Counted from the first letter of the stretch, positions 1-9,604 are shown. The stretch is DNA of 64,000 bases from Candidatus Hermodarchaeota archaeon (GCA_048885535.1 JBHLLO010000001.1:3721-67720); one strand, 5' to 3'. Notes: generated from the letters alone by a model not told the origin. Program-made: numbers and translations.

Positions 1-2370
1 TGGAAGCAATGTAAATCCTTTACGCGGCTCTTCTTTCATTACATCAGGATCTGTAGGTGTTAAACCAAGGACCATAGCAGGTATACCATCAGTTGCAATG
101 TTAAGCCATAAAATTTGTATTGGAACCACTGGAATCGCTAAAAATACTAAAGGAAATAACTTCATAACTATATACGCTGTAAGTATCAAAAATATTTCAT
201 CAAAGTTAGTGCTTAGCATATAACGGAAAAATCCTTTGGTAGTTTCAAAGATCCCTCGACCCTCTTCAATAGCATTTACAATAGTAGCGTAATTATCATC
301 AATTAGTATCATGTCAGACGCCTCTTGAGTCACTTCTGTACCTTTAAGCCCCATAGCTACACCTACATGCGCCCCCTTAACTGCTGGTGCATCATTTACT
401 CCATCACCCGTCATTGAAACAATTAACCCTAAATCTTTTAGTCTTCTTAATATTCGTAATTTATGTGCAGAACTAACTCTTGCAAAAACATCTACTGTTT
501 TAACCTTCTCTAATAATTCGTCATCCCCCATTTCTTCTAATTCTGAACCTGTAATCGCTTCCTCTGTGTCTGTTAAACCTATTTGTTGAGCAATTGCCAT
601 TGCCGTAATTTTATGATCCCCAGTTATCATGATCGTTCTAATTCCTGCCATTCTCGCTTCCTCTATTGAATCTTTAACTTCATCTCGGGCTGGATCAATT
701 ATTCCCACTAAACCAAGATAGATATAATCTTGCTCTAAATCTTCTTCATTATATCCTTCATCTATTGGTTTATAAGCTACACCAAGTACTCTCAATGCAT
801 TCTTTGCAAACTCTTCATTTTTATCTAAAATCACATCTTTCACTTCATCAATTGGTTTTACTATTCCATCATAGAGCCCATGGCTCGCATTTTTTAATAA
901 AACATCAGGAGCACCTTTAATCAAAGAATAAAGTTTATTATCCATCCGTACTGCTACTGACATCATTTTCCTATCAGAATTGAAAGGTATTTCATCAATT
1001 TTCTCAGCCTTAGAATCTAAATTCATTTTTATTGCTAAGATTTTCATGGAGATTTCAGTAGGATCTCCAACGACATCAGTATTATTTGTTCCATCTTCTC
1101 TAAGAGAAACATTTGAATTATTACAAAATAAACAAACTTCTAAGAATCTCTTTAAGTTTTCAGTTAATTCAACTTCTTTATTCTCTTTATCAACAATCTT
1201 ACCTTCAATAGCATAACCAACACCCTCTACAGAATAAATCTCCCCTCCAAGAAATATTTTTACAACAGTCATTTCATTTTTGGTTAGAGTTCCTGTTTTA
1301 TCTGAACAGATTACGTTAACCCTGCCTAACGTTTCCACAGCAGTGAGTTTTCTTACTAGAGCATTTTTATCGGCCATCTTTCTCATACCAATACTCATAA
1401 CTACAGTAATTACAACTATAAGACCTTCAGGAACAGCAGATACTGCTAGACTAATCGCAATCTCAAATGCTTCAATTATTTCATTAATTTCAGCCTCTCC
1501 AAATGAAAAACCTTCAGTAGCAAGGATTATAATTAATTCAGTAACAAACACAGCTAAGCAAATGATGATTATTACTATTCCTAAAAGTTTTCCAAATCTA
1601 TTGACCTCTTGCTGGAAAGGACTAAGTTCCATTTCCTCTTCCTGTAAACTTTCTGCTATTCTGCCGATTTCAGTTTTCATTCCAGTTCCAATAACGATAC
1701 CTTCTCCATTTCCTCTTGTAATTATAGTATTCATGTATCCTAAATTTGTTCTATCAGCTAGTATCATTTTCTTTTCGACAGGTGTTATATGTTTTTTAAC
1801 TGGTTTTGATTCACCTGTTAATATTGCCTCATCCACATATAATGAAAATTCCTTATATATACGGATATCAGCTGGAAATTTATCACCTTCTTCTATTAAC
1901 ACAATATCTCCAGGTACTAAGTCTTCAACATCAATTTCCATTACTCTACCATTCCTTCTAACTTTAGCGATATGTGGTGCTAACTTCTTCAAACTTTCAA
2001 GAGCTTTTTCAGCTTGATACTCTTGATAAAATCCAAGTATAGCATTTACAATTAGTATAGCAACAATTACGACTGCATCAGTATATTCTGAGGGCCATGG
2101 TACACCGCTAGTAGAAGCTTCATAAATTCCTATAATGATTGAAATAATAATTGCAAAAATTAAGAGATAGATTAAGAAATCTTTAAACTGACTTATAAAA
2201 ATCTGCCAAGCAGTTTTTCCTCTCTCTTTAATCAATTCATTTCTACCATAAACTTCAAGTCTTTTTTGGGCTTCAGTTTCATTTAAACCATTATTAATTG
2301 ATGTTTGTAGTGATTTCTCTGTCTCTTCATAAGTAATAGCATGTGGGTAAAAATCCTTTAGTTCAAGCAT
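1..2370 (-). CDS. P-type cation-transporting ATPase (type II, Ca2+-ATPase-like); C-terminal end runs off the window start
   Basis: Absent from the ORF track because it is open at the window edge. My reverse-strand translation from ATG at 2368-2370 gives MLELKDFYPHAITYEETEKSLQ...GLNETEAQKRLEVYGRNEL (cation-ATPase N-terminal domain). Phosphorylation motif ICSDKTGTLT has its Asp codon at 1300-1302, hinge motif TGDGVNDAPA lies at 382-411, and PIQILWLNIATDGIPA lies near 60-140. All are in one frame. Confidence 0.9.
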   Translation of the reverse strand, partial: MLELKDFYPHAITYEETEKSLQTSINNGLNETEAQKRLEVYGRNELIKERGKTAWQIFISQFKDFLIYLLIFAIIISIIIGIYEASTSGVPWPSEYTDAVVIVAILIVNAILGFYQEYQAEKALESLKKLAPHIAKVRRNGRVMEIDVEDLVPGDIVLIEEGDKFPADIRIYKEFSLYVDEAILTGESKPVKKHITPVEKKMILADRTNLGYMNTIITRGNGEGIVIGTGMKTEIGRIAESLQEEEMELSPFQQEVNRFGKLLGIVIIIICLAVFVTELIIILATEGFSFGEAEINEIIEAFEIAISLAVSAVPEGLIVVITVVMSIGMRKMADKNALVRKLTAVETLGRVNVICSDKTGTLTKNEMTVVKIFLGGEIYSVEGVGYAIEGKIVDKENKEVELTENLKRFLEVCLFCNNSNVSLREDGTNNTDVVGDPTEISMKILAIKMNLDSKAEKIDEIPFNSDRKMMSVAVRMDNKLYSLIKGAPDVLLKNASHGLYDGIVKPIDEVKDVILDKNEEFAKNALRVLGVAYKPIDEGYNEEDLEQDYIYLGLVGIIDPARDEVKDSIEEARMAGIRTIMITGDHKITAMAIAQQIGLTDTEEAITGSELEEMGDDELLEKVKTVDVFARVSSAHKLRILRRLKDLGLIVSMTGDGVNDAPAVKGAHVGVAMGLKGTEVTQEASDMILIDDNYATIVNAIEEGRGIFETTKGFFRYMLSTNFDEIFLILTAYIVMKLFPLVFLAIPVVPIQILWLNIATDGIPAMVLGLTPTDPDVMKEEPRKGFTLLP

Positions 2371-2523
2371 TTTAAAATCATTCTTTTTATTTTTTTAAAA
2401 AAGTAATATTAGATTATAAAATAAATATTCTCAAAAAACTTTAGTTTTTTACTTATAACTTATAAAATAGATTACAAAAAAAAAATTCCCAAAGATAAAT
2501 ACATTTAGGATGTTTTGAAACGT

Positions 2524-3150
2524 CTATCTTTTAATTCTTAGTATTAACTCTGAAACTCTTTTTCCTAAGTCCTTTGCAATTAAACCAGCAGCTTCGTCAT
2601 TTTCCTCTTTCCCTAAAAACTCTTTTAAGGTGTATTTTTGTAAACTTGATATGGGAATGTTTCCCTCAATTATAGGAGAACCTAGGGTGTTCCCTACAAT
2701 AATCATACCTTGGATAAGAGCAAAATTAATCAAATCTGAAATCACTCCTTCTCCTCCATTTCTTAGACCAGTAGCTGCCAATGGAGCAAATATAACGTCT
2801 CTTAAAAGATAGTTTTTCATTTTCCATGGTCTTGACCTATCTATTAATGCTTTTATTTGGGAACTGACTGAACCAAAATAATTTGGAGCTGCGATTAATA
2901 GAGCGACTGATCCTAGAATAATATCTTCTAAAATTTTCATATCATCATTTTCAGTCAGTGGACAATCATTAGGAGGTCTTAAACACTGATCACATCCGTT
3001 ACAGGGAGTTATTCTGTAATCAGATATTTGAATTTTCTCAATCTGAAAACTCTGAGACACAGATTTAATTCCCTCTATAGCTTGATCAATTAAAAAATTA
3101 CAACTTTTCTTCTTTCTAGGGGATCCAACAATAAGAGTAATTTTTTCCAA
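2524..3150 (-). CDS. Iron-sulfur flavoprotein (Isf-like), NADPH-dependent FMN reductase fold
   Basis: 208-aa ORF with a flavodoxin-like N-terminus MEKITLIVGSPRKKKS. The compact cysteine cluster CNGCDQCLRPPNDC (C-x2-C-x2-C-x6-C) matches the Isf-type [4Fe-4S] motif. Confidence 0.7.
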   Translation of the reverse strand: MEKITLIVGSPRKKKSCNFLIDQAIEGIKSVSQSFQIEKIQISDYRITPCNGCDQCLRPPNDCPLTENDDMKILEDIILGSVALLIAAPNYFGSVSSQIKALIDRSRPWKMKNYLLRDVIFAPLAATGLRNGGEGVISDLINFALIQGMIIVGNTLGSPIIEGNIPISSLQKYTLKEFLGKEENDEAAGLIAKDLGKRVSELILRIKR

Positions 3151-3336
3151 CTTTTCTATTCTCTCTTGATATAGTTTATAATATCTAATGTGAATTCTAT
3201 AGTATTATTCACTTAGACTATAAATGTACAAAATATGGATTAAAATAAATATTTAATGTGTAATATCACATTTAAATTTGTAATCGCCCTAATTAAATAT
3301 AATAAGAATGTATTTCATCTTTTCGATAAAGATAAT

Positions 3337-4071
3337 ATGAGTTTTAAAGAAGACCTTGAAAAATATGAACTGAAAAATGATTTAATTGATGAACTTCAGT
3401 TGTACAAATCAATGGCTTCTAAAAAAATTGAAAATCATGAGTTCAAATATGCACTGGAGAAAATTGAATCAGCTATAACTTTGATTAAAGAAAATCAACA
3501 AATCTATGATTTAGATTCAGAACTTTCAGAATTTCACACTTTACGTGAAGAAGTAATTATCGAGATTGTTAATTATCAGAAATTTTATCATAGACGTTAT
3601 TATAATTTATTAAAAGAAACTCTGACAGAATCCAATATAGAAAATTTTTCAAGACTATTAGCAATGTTAAAAAATGAAGTAGATAGAAATATAAACAACT
3701 ACAATCTCAAGGAATTATCTAACGAAATAAACAAACACTTCGTCTACTTAAAAAAATTATATGCAATAATTAGTTCTTATAAGGTTTTACACTATAGAGG
3801 AGCTTTAGATAAAATATTAGAATTTGTTAAATTAATTAAAAATGATAATTGTCCAAATTTTAAGGCTTTGATTTTTAATATCTATCAAAATTTACTCAAT
3901 CGCCAATTCTATGCCTTTGCGAAACAATACCCCAAATTAACTCTTATAGAATTATCAGAAAGACTTGCTATTAACCAAGAAAGTCTAACTAATTTCTTAG
4001 ATATAATAATGAAAGATCCTAGTTGCCCAATAAAAAAATTTAATACTTATACTCAAGAAGTGATCTTTTAA
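3337..4071 (+). CDS. Hypothetical helical protein with C-terminal winged helix, PCI-domain-like (tentative)
   Basis: ORF track gives 3256..4071. I prefer ATG 3337 (MSFKEDLEKY) because the first 27 codons read like AT-rich promoter sequence. A helical body is followed by QYPKLTLIELSERLAINQESLTNFLDIIMKDPSCPIKKFNTYTQEVIF, which resembles the PCI winged-helix consensus pattern. Confidence 0.45.
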   Translation: MSFKEDLEKYELKNDLIDELQLYKSMASKKIENHEFKYALEKIESAITLIKENQQIYDLDSELSEFHTLREEVIIEIVNYQKFYHRRYYNLLKETLTESNIENFSRLLAMLKNEVDRNINNYNLKELSNEINKHFVYLKKLYAIISSYKVLHYRGALDKILEFVKLIKNDNCPNFKALIFNIYQNLLNRQFYAFAKQYPKLTLIELSERLAINQESLTNFLDIIMKDPSCPIKKFNTYTQEVIF

Positions 4072-4072
4072 T

Positions 4073-4996
4073 TCATAACCCTCGGTAAAATTCAGGTCTT
4101 AGGATTTCCGGATGAGTCAACCCATAATTTATTGTATCTAAAATAATTTCTTTATCTCTTTCAAGTTTACCTTTAATTGGCAAGAAATTTGAAGCATGAT
4201 TGCTCCTAAATACACAATTTGCATTTTTATTTTTGAAATTGATACTCTTTATGAATAGTTTTAATTCATGGAGGATTTCCATTGAGTCCATTTCTTTAAA
4301 ATCTCCCTTCTGTTGTTTCTCATATATCACAGTACCAAGAGGGATCATTAAAGTTAAAAATGCTATATACCATATCCTATCATCTGATGGGCAAATCTTA
4401 TTTACCAAATCAGCAGATTCAACTGCATGCTTTTCTGAAACCTCAGGATTACCGGATCCGCCGAGTCCATTTATGAAAGTGGCTGATAGCGTAATATTTG
4501 CTTTCATGAGTTTTTCTGATGCCTTAATATAATCTTCTTTGGTAGCATGCTTATTAACATCCTTCAATAAAGCATCATAACCTGACTCAAAACCTACATA
4601 AGCAATTTTTAGACCAGCATCAGATAATAATTTTAATTGGGTGTCTGATTTCTTTATTATATCAATTGCATGAGCATAAACGCCCACTCTTTCTAGGTTT
4701 GGAAAAATTTCCATTGCATATTTAGTTAGCTCAAGTAACTTCTCTGTTGGAGTAACCATAGCATTCCCATCTAGAAAGAAAATTTTATCTATGGAGGAAC
4801 TATATTGTTTCCACGCAATACGAAGATCCATTTTAACATCTTCAACCTTTCTAATTTTGAAGTTTTTTCGAAGATTTGAAACGCAAAAATCGCATTTAAA
4901 AGTGCAACCTTCCGTTAATTGGATTAATAAAGAATTTGCTTCACTAGGAGGCCGAAAAACGGGATGACAATAATATATGTTTTCCTTTCTATTCAT
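4073..4996 (-). CDS. Radical SAM domain protein
   Basis: 307 aa. CxxxCxxC cluster motif in LIQLTEGCTFKCDFCVS; further matches YVGFESG and GLGG. Clear paralog of the ORF at 13643..14572. Confidence 0.8.
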   Translation of the reverse strand: MNRKENIYYCHPVFRPPSEANSLLIQLTEGCTFKCDFCVSNLRKNFKIRKVEDVKMDLRIAWKQYSSSIDKIFFLDGNAMVTPTEKLLELTKYAMEIFPNLERVGVYAHAIDIIKKSDTQLKLLSDAGLKIAYVGFESGYDALLKDVNKHATKEDYIKASEKLMKANITLSATFINGLGGSGNPEVSEKHAVESADLVNKICPSDDRIWYIAFLTLMIPLGTVIYEKQQKGDFKEMDSMEILHELKLFIKSINFKNKNANCVFRSNHASNFLPIKGKLERDKEIILDTINYGLTHPEILRPEFYRGL

Positions 4997-5045
4997 AATT
5001 TACAAAATGATAATAAAGTTCTTAATATCGTCAAGTAGTTTTATT

Positions 5046-5747
5046 TTAATCTTGATCTTCTTCCTCTATTTCTTCATCCTCTTGCGGTCTCTTAGGGCAT
5101 GAATTAAGGTGTCTTCCTAATCTAACAAATTCTTTACCACAATAAGGGCATATCTTCTTATCTTTTCCCTCATCTGCTTCAGACTTAGATTGTTTGGCTT
5201 TAAGTTTTTTTTTCTTCTTTTTGCGAGGTAGTATGTCGTCAATACTAACATCATCAGGGGCAAGTTCGCAAGATGGAATATGTGCTCTTAAATCATCAAA
5301 AATTTCCCCACAAAAAGGACATTCTAAATCACCAAATTCCTGAGAAACACTTACTTCATCTTTTCCAACTTTACGTTTTTCAAATTTTAAGGGTTCTTCC
5401 TCCTCTTCTTCCTCAAATTCATCACTAGTTAAATCAATTTCATCTTCTCCAGTTAGTTCTTTGTATTCAAAGTCTTCTAACTCAATCTTTTTTTCTAAAA
5501 TCTTTTTTTCTGCGATCTTTCTACTTTCTTCATAAATTTCTTGTGTCTTTCGGTTAGATTTAGCTGGTTCATAAATCTCACATACTTGGCACACATAAGC
5601 TCTTTTGCCAAGAACTAAATCTCTTGTTGGGCAAAAACACAAAGGTTGAAGGCTATTAGAAATATTACCTAATGGTTCTAAGTGTTTACAAACCAATTTT
5701 CTAGAATATTTAATTTTTTGCTTTCGACGTGGTATAATAATCACCAA
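5046..5747 (-). CDS. Acidic/lysine-rich zinc-finger protein: N-terminal Cys cluster plus two CCHC (UBZ4-like) fingers
   Basis: 233 aa with no internal Met, so the start must be TTG 5745-5747 or GTG 5742-5744. The two fingers are ECPFCGEIFDDLRAHIPSC (nt 5268-5321) and ICPYCGKEFVRLGRHLNSC (nt 5097-5150), both C-x2-C-x9-H-x3-C. Poly-E and poly-K linkers separate them. Confidence 0.55.
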   Translation of the reverse strand: MVIIIPRRKQKIKYSRKLVCKHLEPLGNISNSLQPLCFCPTRDLVLGKRAYVCQVCEIYEPAKSNRKTQEIYEESRKIAEKKILEKKIELEDFEYKELTGEDEIDLTSDEFEEEEEEEPLKFEKRKVGKDEVSVSQEFGDLECPFCGEIFDDLRAHIPSCELAPDDVSIDDILPRKKKKKKLKAKQSKSEADEGKDKKICPYCGKEFVRLGRHLNSCPKRPQEDEEIEEEDQD

Positions 5748-5824
5748 AAGAAGTGATTATAATAATATACCTTAAAATTTATTCTTTTTTATTCTAAAAA
5801 GGTGAAAATATCTTAAAGTTAAGA

Positions 5825-7417
5825 TTAATAATTATAATGTATAGAGTTAAGGTCATTTATTACTTTTTCTCTTATTTTACTATGTTCTATATGTGGTAAA
5901 AGCTCATCTACCAGATCTCGCAATTCAATTATCTTCTCAATAAGTAATTCACGTTTACTCCAGAGAGATTTTCTTAAAGGGTGGCTTTTAACTAATGCTC
6001 TATTATAATTTTCAATAGCTTCTTTATAGAAAAGACAAGCACTATCATAATTTTTTAGTCGTGTTTGGTATATTGTAGCAATCTTATTATAACTCATGCC
6101 AGCTCCAGCATAGTCTTTTTCTTTTTCAAAATATATAGCTGAATTTTCTATTTTTTTTAATGCATCTTTTAATATCTGCCTATCACCAGTTTTTAGGGAG
6201 ATATAGCCTATTATGTAATTTGCTACACCTAAATAGAATCGATAATCTTGTTGTTTAGAAAATTCATATAATTCATTTGCAAAACCTTCTGCTAAAACTA
6301 AATGATTATTTGACACACATAATTTAGCTACACTTCTTAGTAAATCCAAAACTCGTTCTATATTGCCCAGTTCTCTATACTTTTCAATGCCTTGTCGGTA
6401 TTTTTCTACTCCTGTAAATGTATCTTTACGTTGAAAGGCTTTATTGCCTTCATATATCAAAACTTCAGCATGTTCTTTTACTTTAGACGAGAGAGAATTA
6501 TCCTCTTCTTGGGTTGTGTCATAAAAAAGATTTTTGAAACCAAAAGACAAATCTTCATCAATGGGTATCTCAACTAAATCTTTTGGTTCTGTTCTGATAT
6601 CTATCTCGGAGATATAATTTGAATCTTGATTTTCAAAATTTTCAGAATCTTTATAGTTTGAATCTAATTTAAAATCCTCTTTATAAGCTGATTGTAACGG
6701 TTTGCCAGAAGAAACTAATGCCGATAATTCTGATAGAACATTTGCAAAGAAGTACTTGTTCAATCCTTTAACCATATAATCAACCTTATGAAAATTATTT
6801 TCAAATTCTGGAGCATTCGGATCCATATTTACATCTGTTAATCTATATATTTCAAACCCAGTATCATATTTGGTAAGAATGTTATCACCGATCTTTTCTT
6901 CCTTCTTTTTCCCTAATAATGTATGATCGAACACTAATCCAATAGCATCATTATATTTTGCTTGAAATCCTAGTTGATTTATTAAATCAACATAAGAAAA
7001 AAATAAAGACAAACCAGGATGAGAATGGAACCATCCTACAATAAAATGTGCCTGACCTTCACGATCTAATTGTTGTTGTATTTCATCAATGAAAATATAA
7101 TGTCTTTCATCCAAACTTACATCAGTATCGTGACCAAAAGTTAAAGCATAAGCATTTTCTACGTAAACAAAATCCTGATCAGAATAACCTGTTAAAATAC
7201 CATATATTTCTTTCCAATCTTTAGATGGTATTGCTTGATTTGAATACCTGCTTGCGTATAATATTATTGTTTTATAAGCTTCCGCTTTAATAATTACAGG
7301 TTTACCAACACTTTCTTTTTCTAATTCTCCGTCCCTTAAATCATTATCCAAATCATCCATTAAATCTTTAGGTGATTCTTGATTTTCTTTATTTTCCCTT
7401 TCAAACTCTTCTGACAT
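5825..7417 (-). CDS. MPN+/JAMM metalloprotease (Rpn11/CSN5/AMSH-like) fused to C-terminal TPR-like helical repeats
   Basis: 530 aa. Complete JAMM motif: upstream Glu in KEIYGILTG, then GWFHSHPGLSLFFSYVD (H-x-H-x7-S-x2-D) at nt 6986-7027. The C-terminal ~200 aa have a TPR/SNAP-like pattern (KDYAGAGMSYNKIATIYQTRLKNYDSACLFYKEAIENY). Confidence 0.85.
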   Translation of the reverse strand: MSEEFERENKENQESPKDLMDDLDNDLRDGELEKESVGKPVIIKAEAYKTIILYASRYSNQAIPSKDWKEIYGILTGYSDQDFVYVENAYALTFGHDTDVSLDERHYIFIDEIQQQLDREGQAHFIVGWFHSHPGLSLFFSYVDLINQLGFQAKYNDAIGLVFDHTLLGKKKEEKIGDNILTKYDTGFEIYRLTDVNMDPNAPEFENNFHKVDYMVKGLNKYFFANVLSELSALVSSGKPLQSAYKEDFKLDSNYKDSENFENQDSNYISEIDIRTEPKDLVEIPIDEDLSFGFKNLFYDTTQEEDNSLSSKVKEHAEVLIYEGNKAFQRKDTFTGVEKYRQGIEKYRELGNIERVLDLLRSVAKLCVSNNHLVLAEGFANELYEFSKQQDYRFYLGVANYIIGYISLKTGDRQILKDALKKIENSAIYFEKEKDYAGAGMSYNKIATIYQTRLKNYDSACLFYKEAIENYNRALVKSHPLRKSLWSKRELLIEKIIELRDLVDELLPHIEHSKIREKVINDLNSIHYNY

Positions 7418-7615
7418 TTTAAAATAATAAATCCTTAATTAAAACGGATAAATAATCCTTAAATTATAATAAAAGAATTATTAAATAAAATTATGTGTTA
7501 ACAAATTCAATATTTTTCCTCTTTTTTTCTTTAGCCTTTAGTGCCCAATTAAGTAACCTTTTTTTAGAGGACTTTAATCTTTGATACTTTTTGGAATTAG
7601 ATTTACTGCTTCTTT

Positions 7616-8173
7616 CTATTTTTCTAAAATTGATTTTATAAATCTACTCTTAATTTGCATTGGAAGTAAGGGGATATTATCTAACTCAGCATTTCCTGCT
7701 TCCACTTTAATTAAAACAAAATGACAACCTTCATCTAAACTCATCATGATGTTTTGGATATTTTTCTCTTCTTTTATTTTCACTACTGATTTAAAACCAG
7801 CTCCTTCTGCGATAATATCCAATCTAGTATTTTTACTTGTATAGGTTAACTGATCTCCTGTAGATCCATAAGATTCATTATCAATTACAATTAAAGTCAG
7901 ATTAGTTGGATTTACATTCGCAATAGTGCTTAAAGTGCCAAGATTCATAAGCAATGAACCATCTCCTTCGATACACCATACTTTTTTTTCAGGTTGAGAA
8001 ATAGCTAATCCAAGAGCAATTGATGAAGCTAAACCCATTGAACCCATCATATAGAAATTTTTCGCTCGATCTTTAAGATGATACAATTCTTTAGATGGAA
8101 TACCAATATTACATATTATAAATTCATCTTCCAAAATTTCCACAATCTTCTTTATTACATCAAATCTTTTCAT
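7616..8173 (-). CDS. comE: TPP-dependent decarboxylase beta subunit (sulfopyruvate/phosphonopyruvate decarboxylase ComE-like)
   Basis: 185 aa. TPP-binding motif GDGSLLMNLGTLSTI...NL; GSMGLASSIALGLA. Its start overlaps the upstream alpha subunit by 4 bp (8170-8173). Substrate assignment is uncertain. Confidence 0.7.
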   Translation of the reverse strand: MKRFDVIKKIVEILEDEFIICNIGIPSKELYHLKDRAKNFYMMGSMGLASSIALGLAISQPEKKVWCIEGDGSLLMNLGTLSTIANVNPTNLTLIVIDNESYGSTGDQLTYTSKNTRLDIIAEGAGFKSVVKIKEEKNIQNIMMSLDEGCHFVLIKVEAGNAELDNIPLLPMQIKSRFIKSILEK

Positions 8174-8670
8174 GTACTATCACTCCATAAAGATTTTTGC
8201 AGAAGTACACTAACTGAACTACAATGATTTTGACTATAGGAAATTGCTTCGTTTAACTTATAGATTTCATTTCTAGATTTTATAGACCAAGTCTTCATTC
8301 CAATGACTTTAAGTAGGTTCTGAGTAATTTCTCCCATTGGTTTCTGCGCTAAGATTTCTTCGTCTTTACCACCTCTATGACTTATTATGAAAATTACTGG
8401 AATATCATATAATTCCAAAAGAGATTTGATAGCATTAACTGAATTTCCCAAACCTGAATTCTGCATTAATATTACTGGAAATTTTCCTCCCATGTAAGCA
8501 CCCGCCGCAATACCGACCCCCTCTTCTTCACGTGTCAAAGAAATATGCAATATTTCGTTTCTTTCATTTATCAAATTTAAGAGTCCCTTTAATAAAATAC
8601 AAGGTAATGATAAAATTAGATTTATTCCTGATTCTTTTATACAATTATATAATTCTAAATCAATTTTCAT
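8170..8670 (-). CDS. comD: TPP-dependent decarboxylase alpha subunit (ComD-like)
   Basis: 166 aa. REEEGVGIAAGAYMGGKFPVILMQNSGLGNSVNAI is typical of the sulfopyruvate decarboxylase alpha subunit (pyrimidine-binding half). Translationally coupled to the beta subunit. Confidence 0.7.
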   Translation of the reverse strand: MKIDLELYNCIKESGINLILSLPCILLKGLLNLINERNEILHISLTREEEGVGIAAGAYMGGKFPVILMQNSGLGNSVNAIKSLLELYDIPVIFIISHRGGKDEEILAQKPMGEITQNLLKVIGMKTWSIKSRNEIYKLNEAISYSQNHCSSVSVLLQKSLWSDST

Positions 8671-8767
8671 AAAGTTGAGGAATTTAGTTTCATTGAACTA
8701 TATTCATTAGTAAATAAACAACTAAAAATTTTAACATCTAAATTTTACAAGCACAAATAAGAACATA

Positions 8768-9604
8768 CTATACTTTCTTTTTTTTTTTTCGTGAGCCGCC
8801 TCCTATTCCAAGGTCTCCAAGGCTAACGTTAGTATCACCACAAATGATAGCTAATACGATAATAATAAGAATGACGACTACAATAACCACTGCGATTATT
8901 AGTGCTAATAATAATATACCTTCAACTTTATAAAGAATAAATATCCATGGTTTAGTTTCATTTTTTTGCACAGCTTTAGCTCCATAAAACATTATTACTA
9001 AAGAAGCAGTTAATAAATATGCTAGAGTAATCGGGATTGTTAATAAGAAATTCTGTATATCAAAAATAATTATAAATAATATTTCAAATACGGCAAGCCC
9101 TATAAGAAAGATAATTATATGTGCCCATAAATATCCCTTGGCAAAATATTTGTCTCTCAAACTATAGGCTACTAAAGATACTAAAATTGTAGCTCCAACT
9201 GTTAAAGTGAGGAACATATGAACTTGAAGTAAAAACCCTGTCAACATTATTATAGGAAGACTAATAATTCCTGCTATAAAACAAAATATAAAGAAAATAC
9301 TCAGCCCTAAATAAGTTTTGTTAGCTTTAGACACGAAATAAAACAATAAAAATAAAACCCCCTCAAGAATAATAGCAAAAATGTAAATAGTCAAAAATAT
9401 CACTGTAAATTCAAATTCTATAAAGACAAAGCTGAAGATTATTTCACCGGATAACCAAATAAGTGAACCTATTAATAAAATAGGTAATATTTTTAGCTGG
9501 AATATTTTACGTTGTGATAAAGTCAGAAGATATTTCGATTCTCTTTTAGAAATACTTTTATCTATCACCTGTAGATTGGAATCTTTTTCAGCTTCTTGCT
9601 CCAT
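8768..9604 (-). CDS. Seven-TM membrane protein with polybasic C-terminus (BI-1/YccA-like topology, tentative); possible N-terminal zinc-ribbon extension to 9700
   Basis: 278 aa with about 7 predicted hydrophobic helices, ending GGSRKKKKKV. In-frame sequence upstream of the ATG (9605-9700) encodes LECGEIPIKKLCTFCGTPLKKENRYCTNCGKP with no ATG/GTG/TTG. Confidence 0.5.
   Translation of the reverse strand: MEQEAEKDSNLQVIDKSISKRESKYLLTLSQRKIFQLKILPILLIGSLIWLSGEIIFSFVFIEFEFTVIFLTIYIFAIILEGVLFLLFYFVSKANKTYLGLSIFFIFCFIAGIISLPIIMLTGFLLQVHMFLTLTVGATILVSLVAYSLRDKYFAKGYLWAHIIIFLIGLAVFEILFIIIFDIQNFLLTIPITLAYLLTASLVIMFYGAKAVQKNETKPWIFILYKVEGILLLALIIAVVIVVVILIIIVLAIICGDTNVSLGDLGIGGGSRKKKKKV

Noticed and set aside
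1280-2017. 245-aa plus-strand ORF (also 980..1216) with low-complexity S/I/T/P-rich translation
   Set aside because: It lies entirely antisense to the P-type ATPase, whose DKTGTLT and TGDGVNDAPA motifs are unambiguous on the minus strand. It has no motifs and a shadow-frame composition.
4200-4532. 110-aa plus-strand ORF inside the radical SAM gene
   Set aside because: It is antisense to a motif-supported CDS, has a low-complexity translation, and has no independent support. The same reasoning applies to 14068..14376, which is antisense to the second radical SAM gene.
7470-7615. Highly basic peptide frame (…RSSKSNSKKYQRLKSSKKRLLNWALKAKEKKRKNIEFVNT*) downstream of the ComE-like gene on the minus strand
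   Set aside because: There is no ATG, GTG or TTG start after the upstream in-frame stops. A and G runs in AT-rich spacer DNA readily give Lys/Arg-rich frames, so it is probably non-coding.
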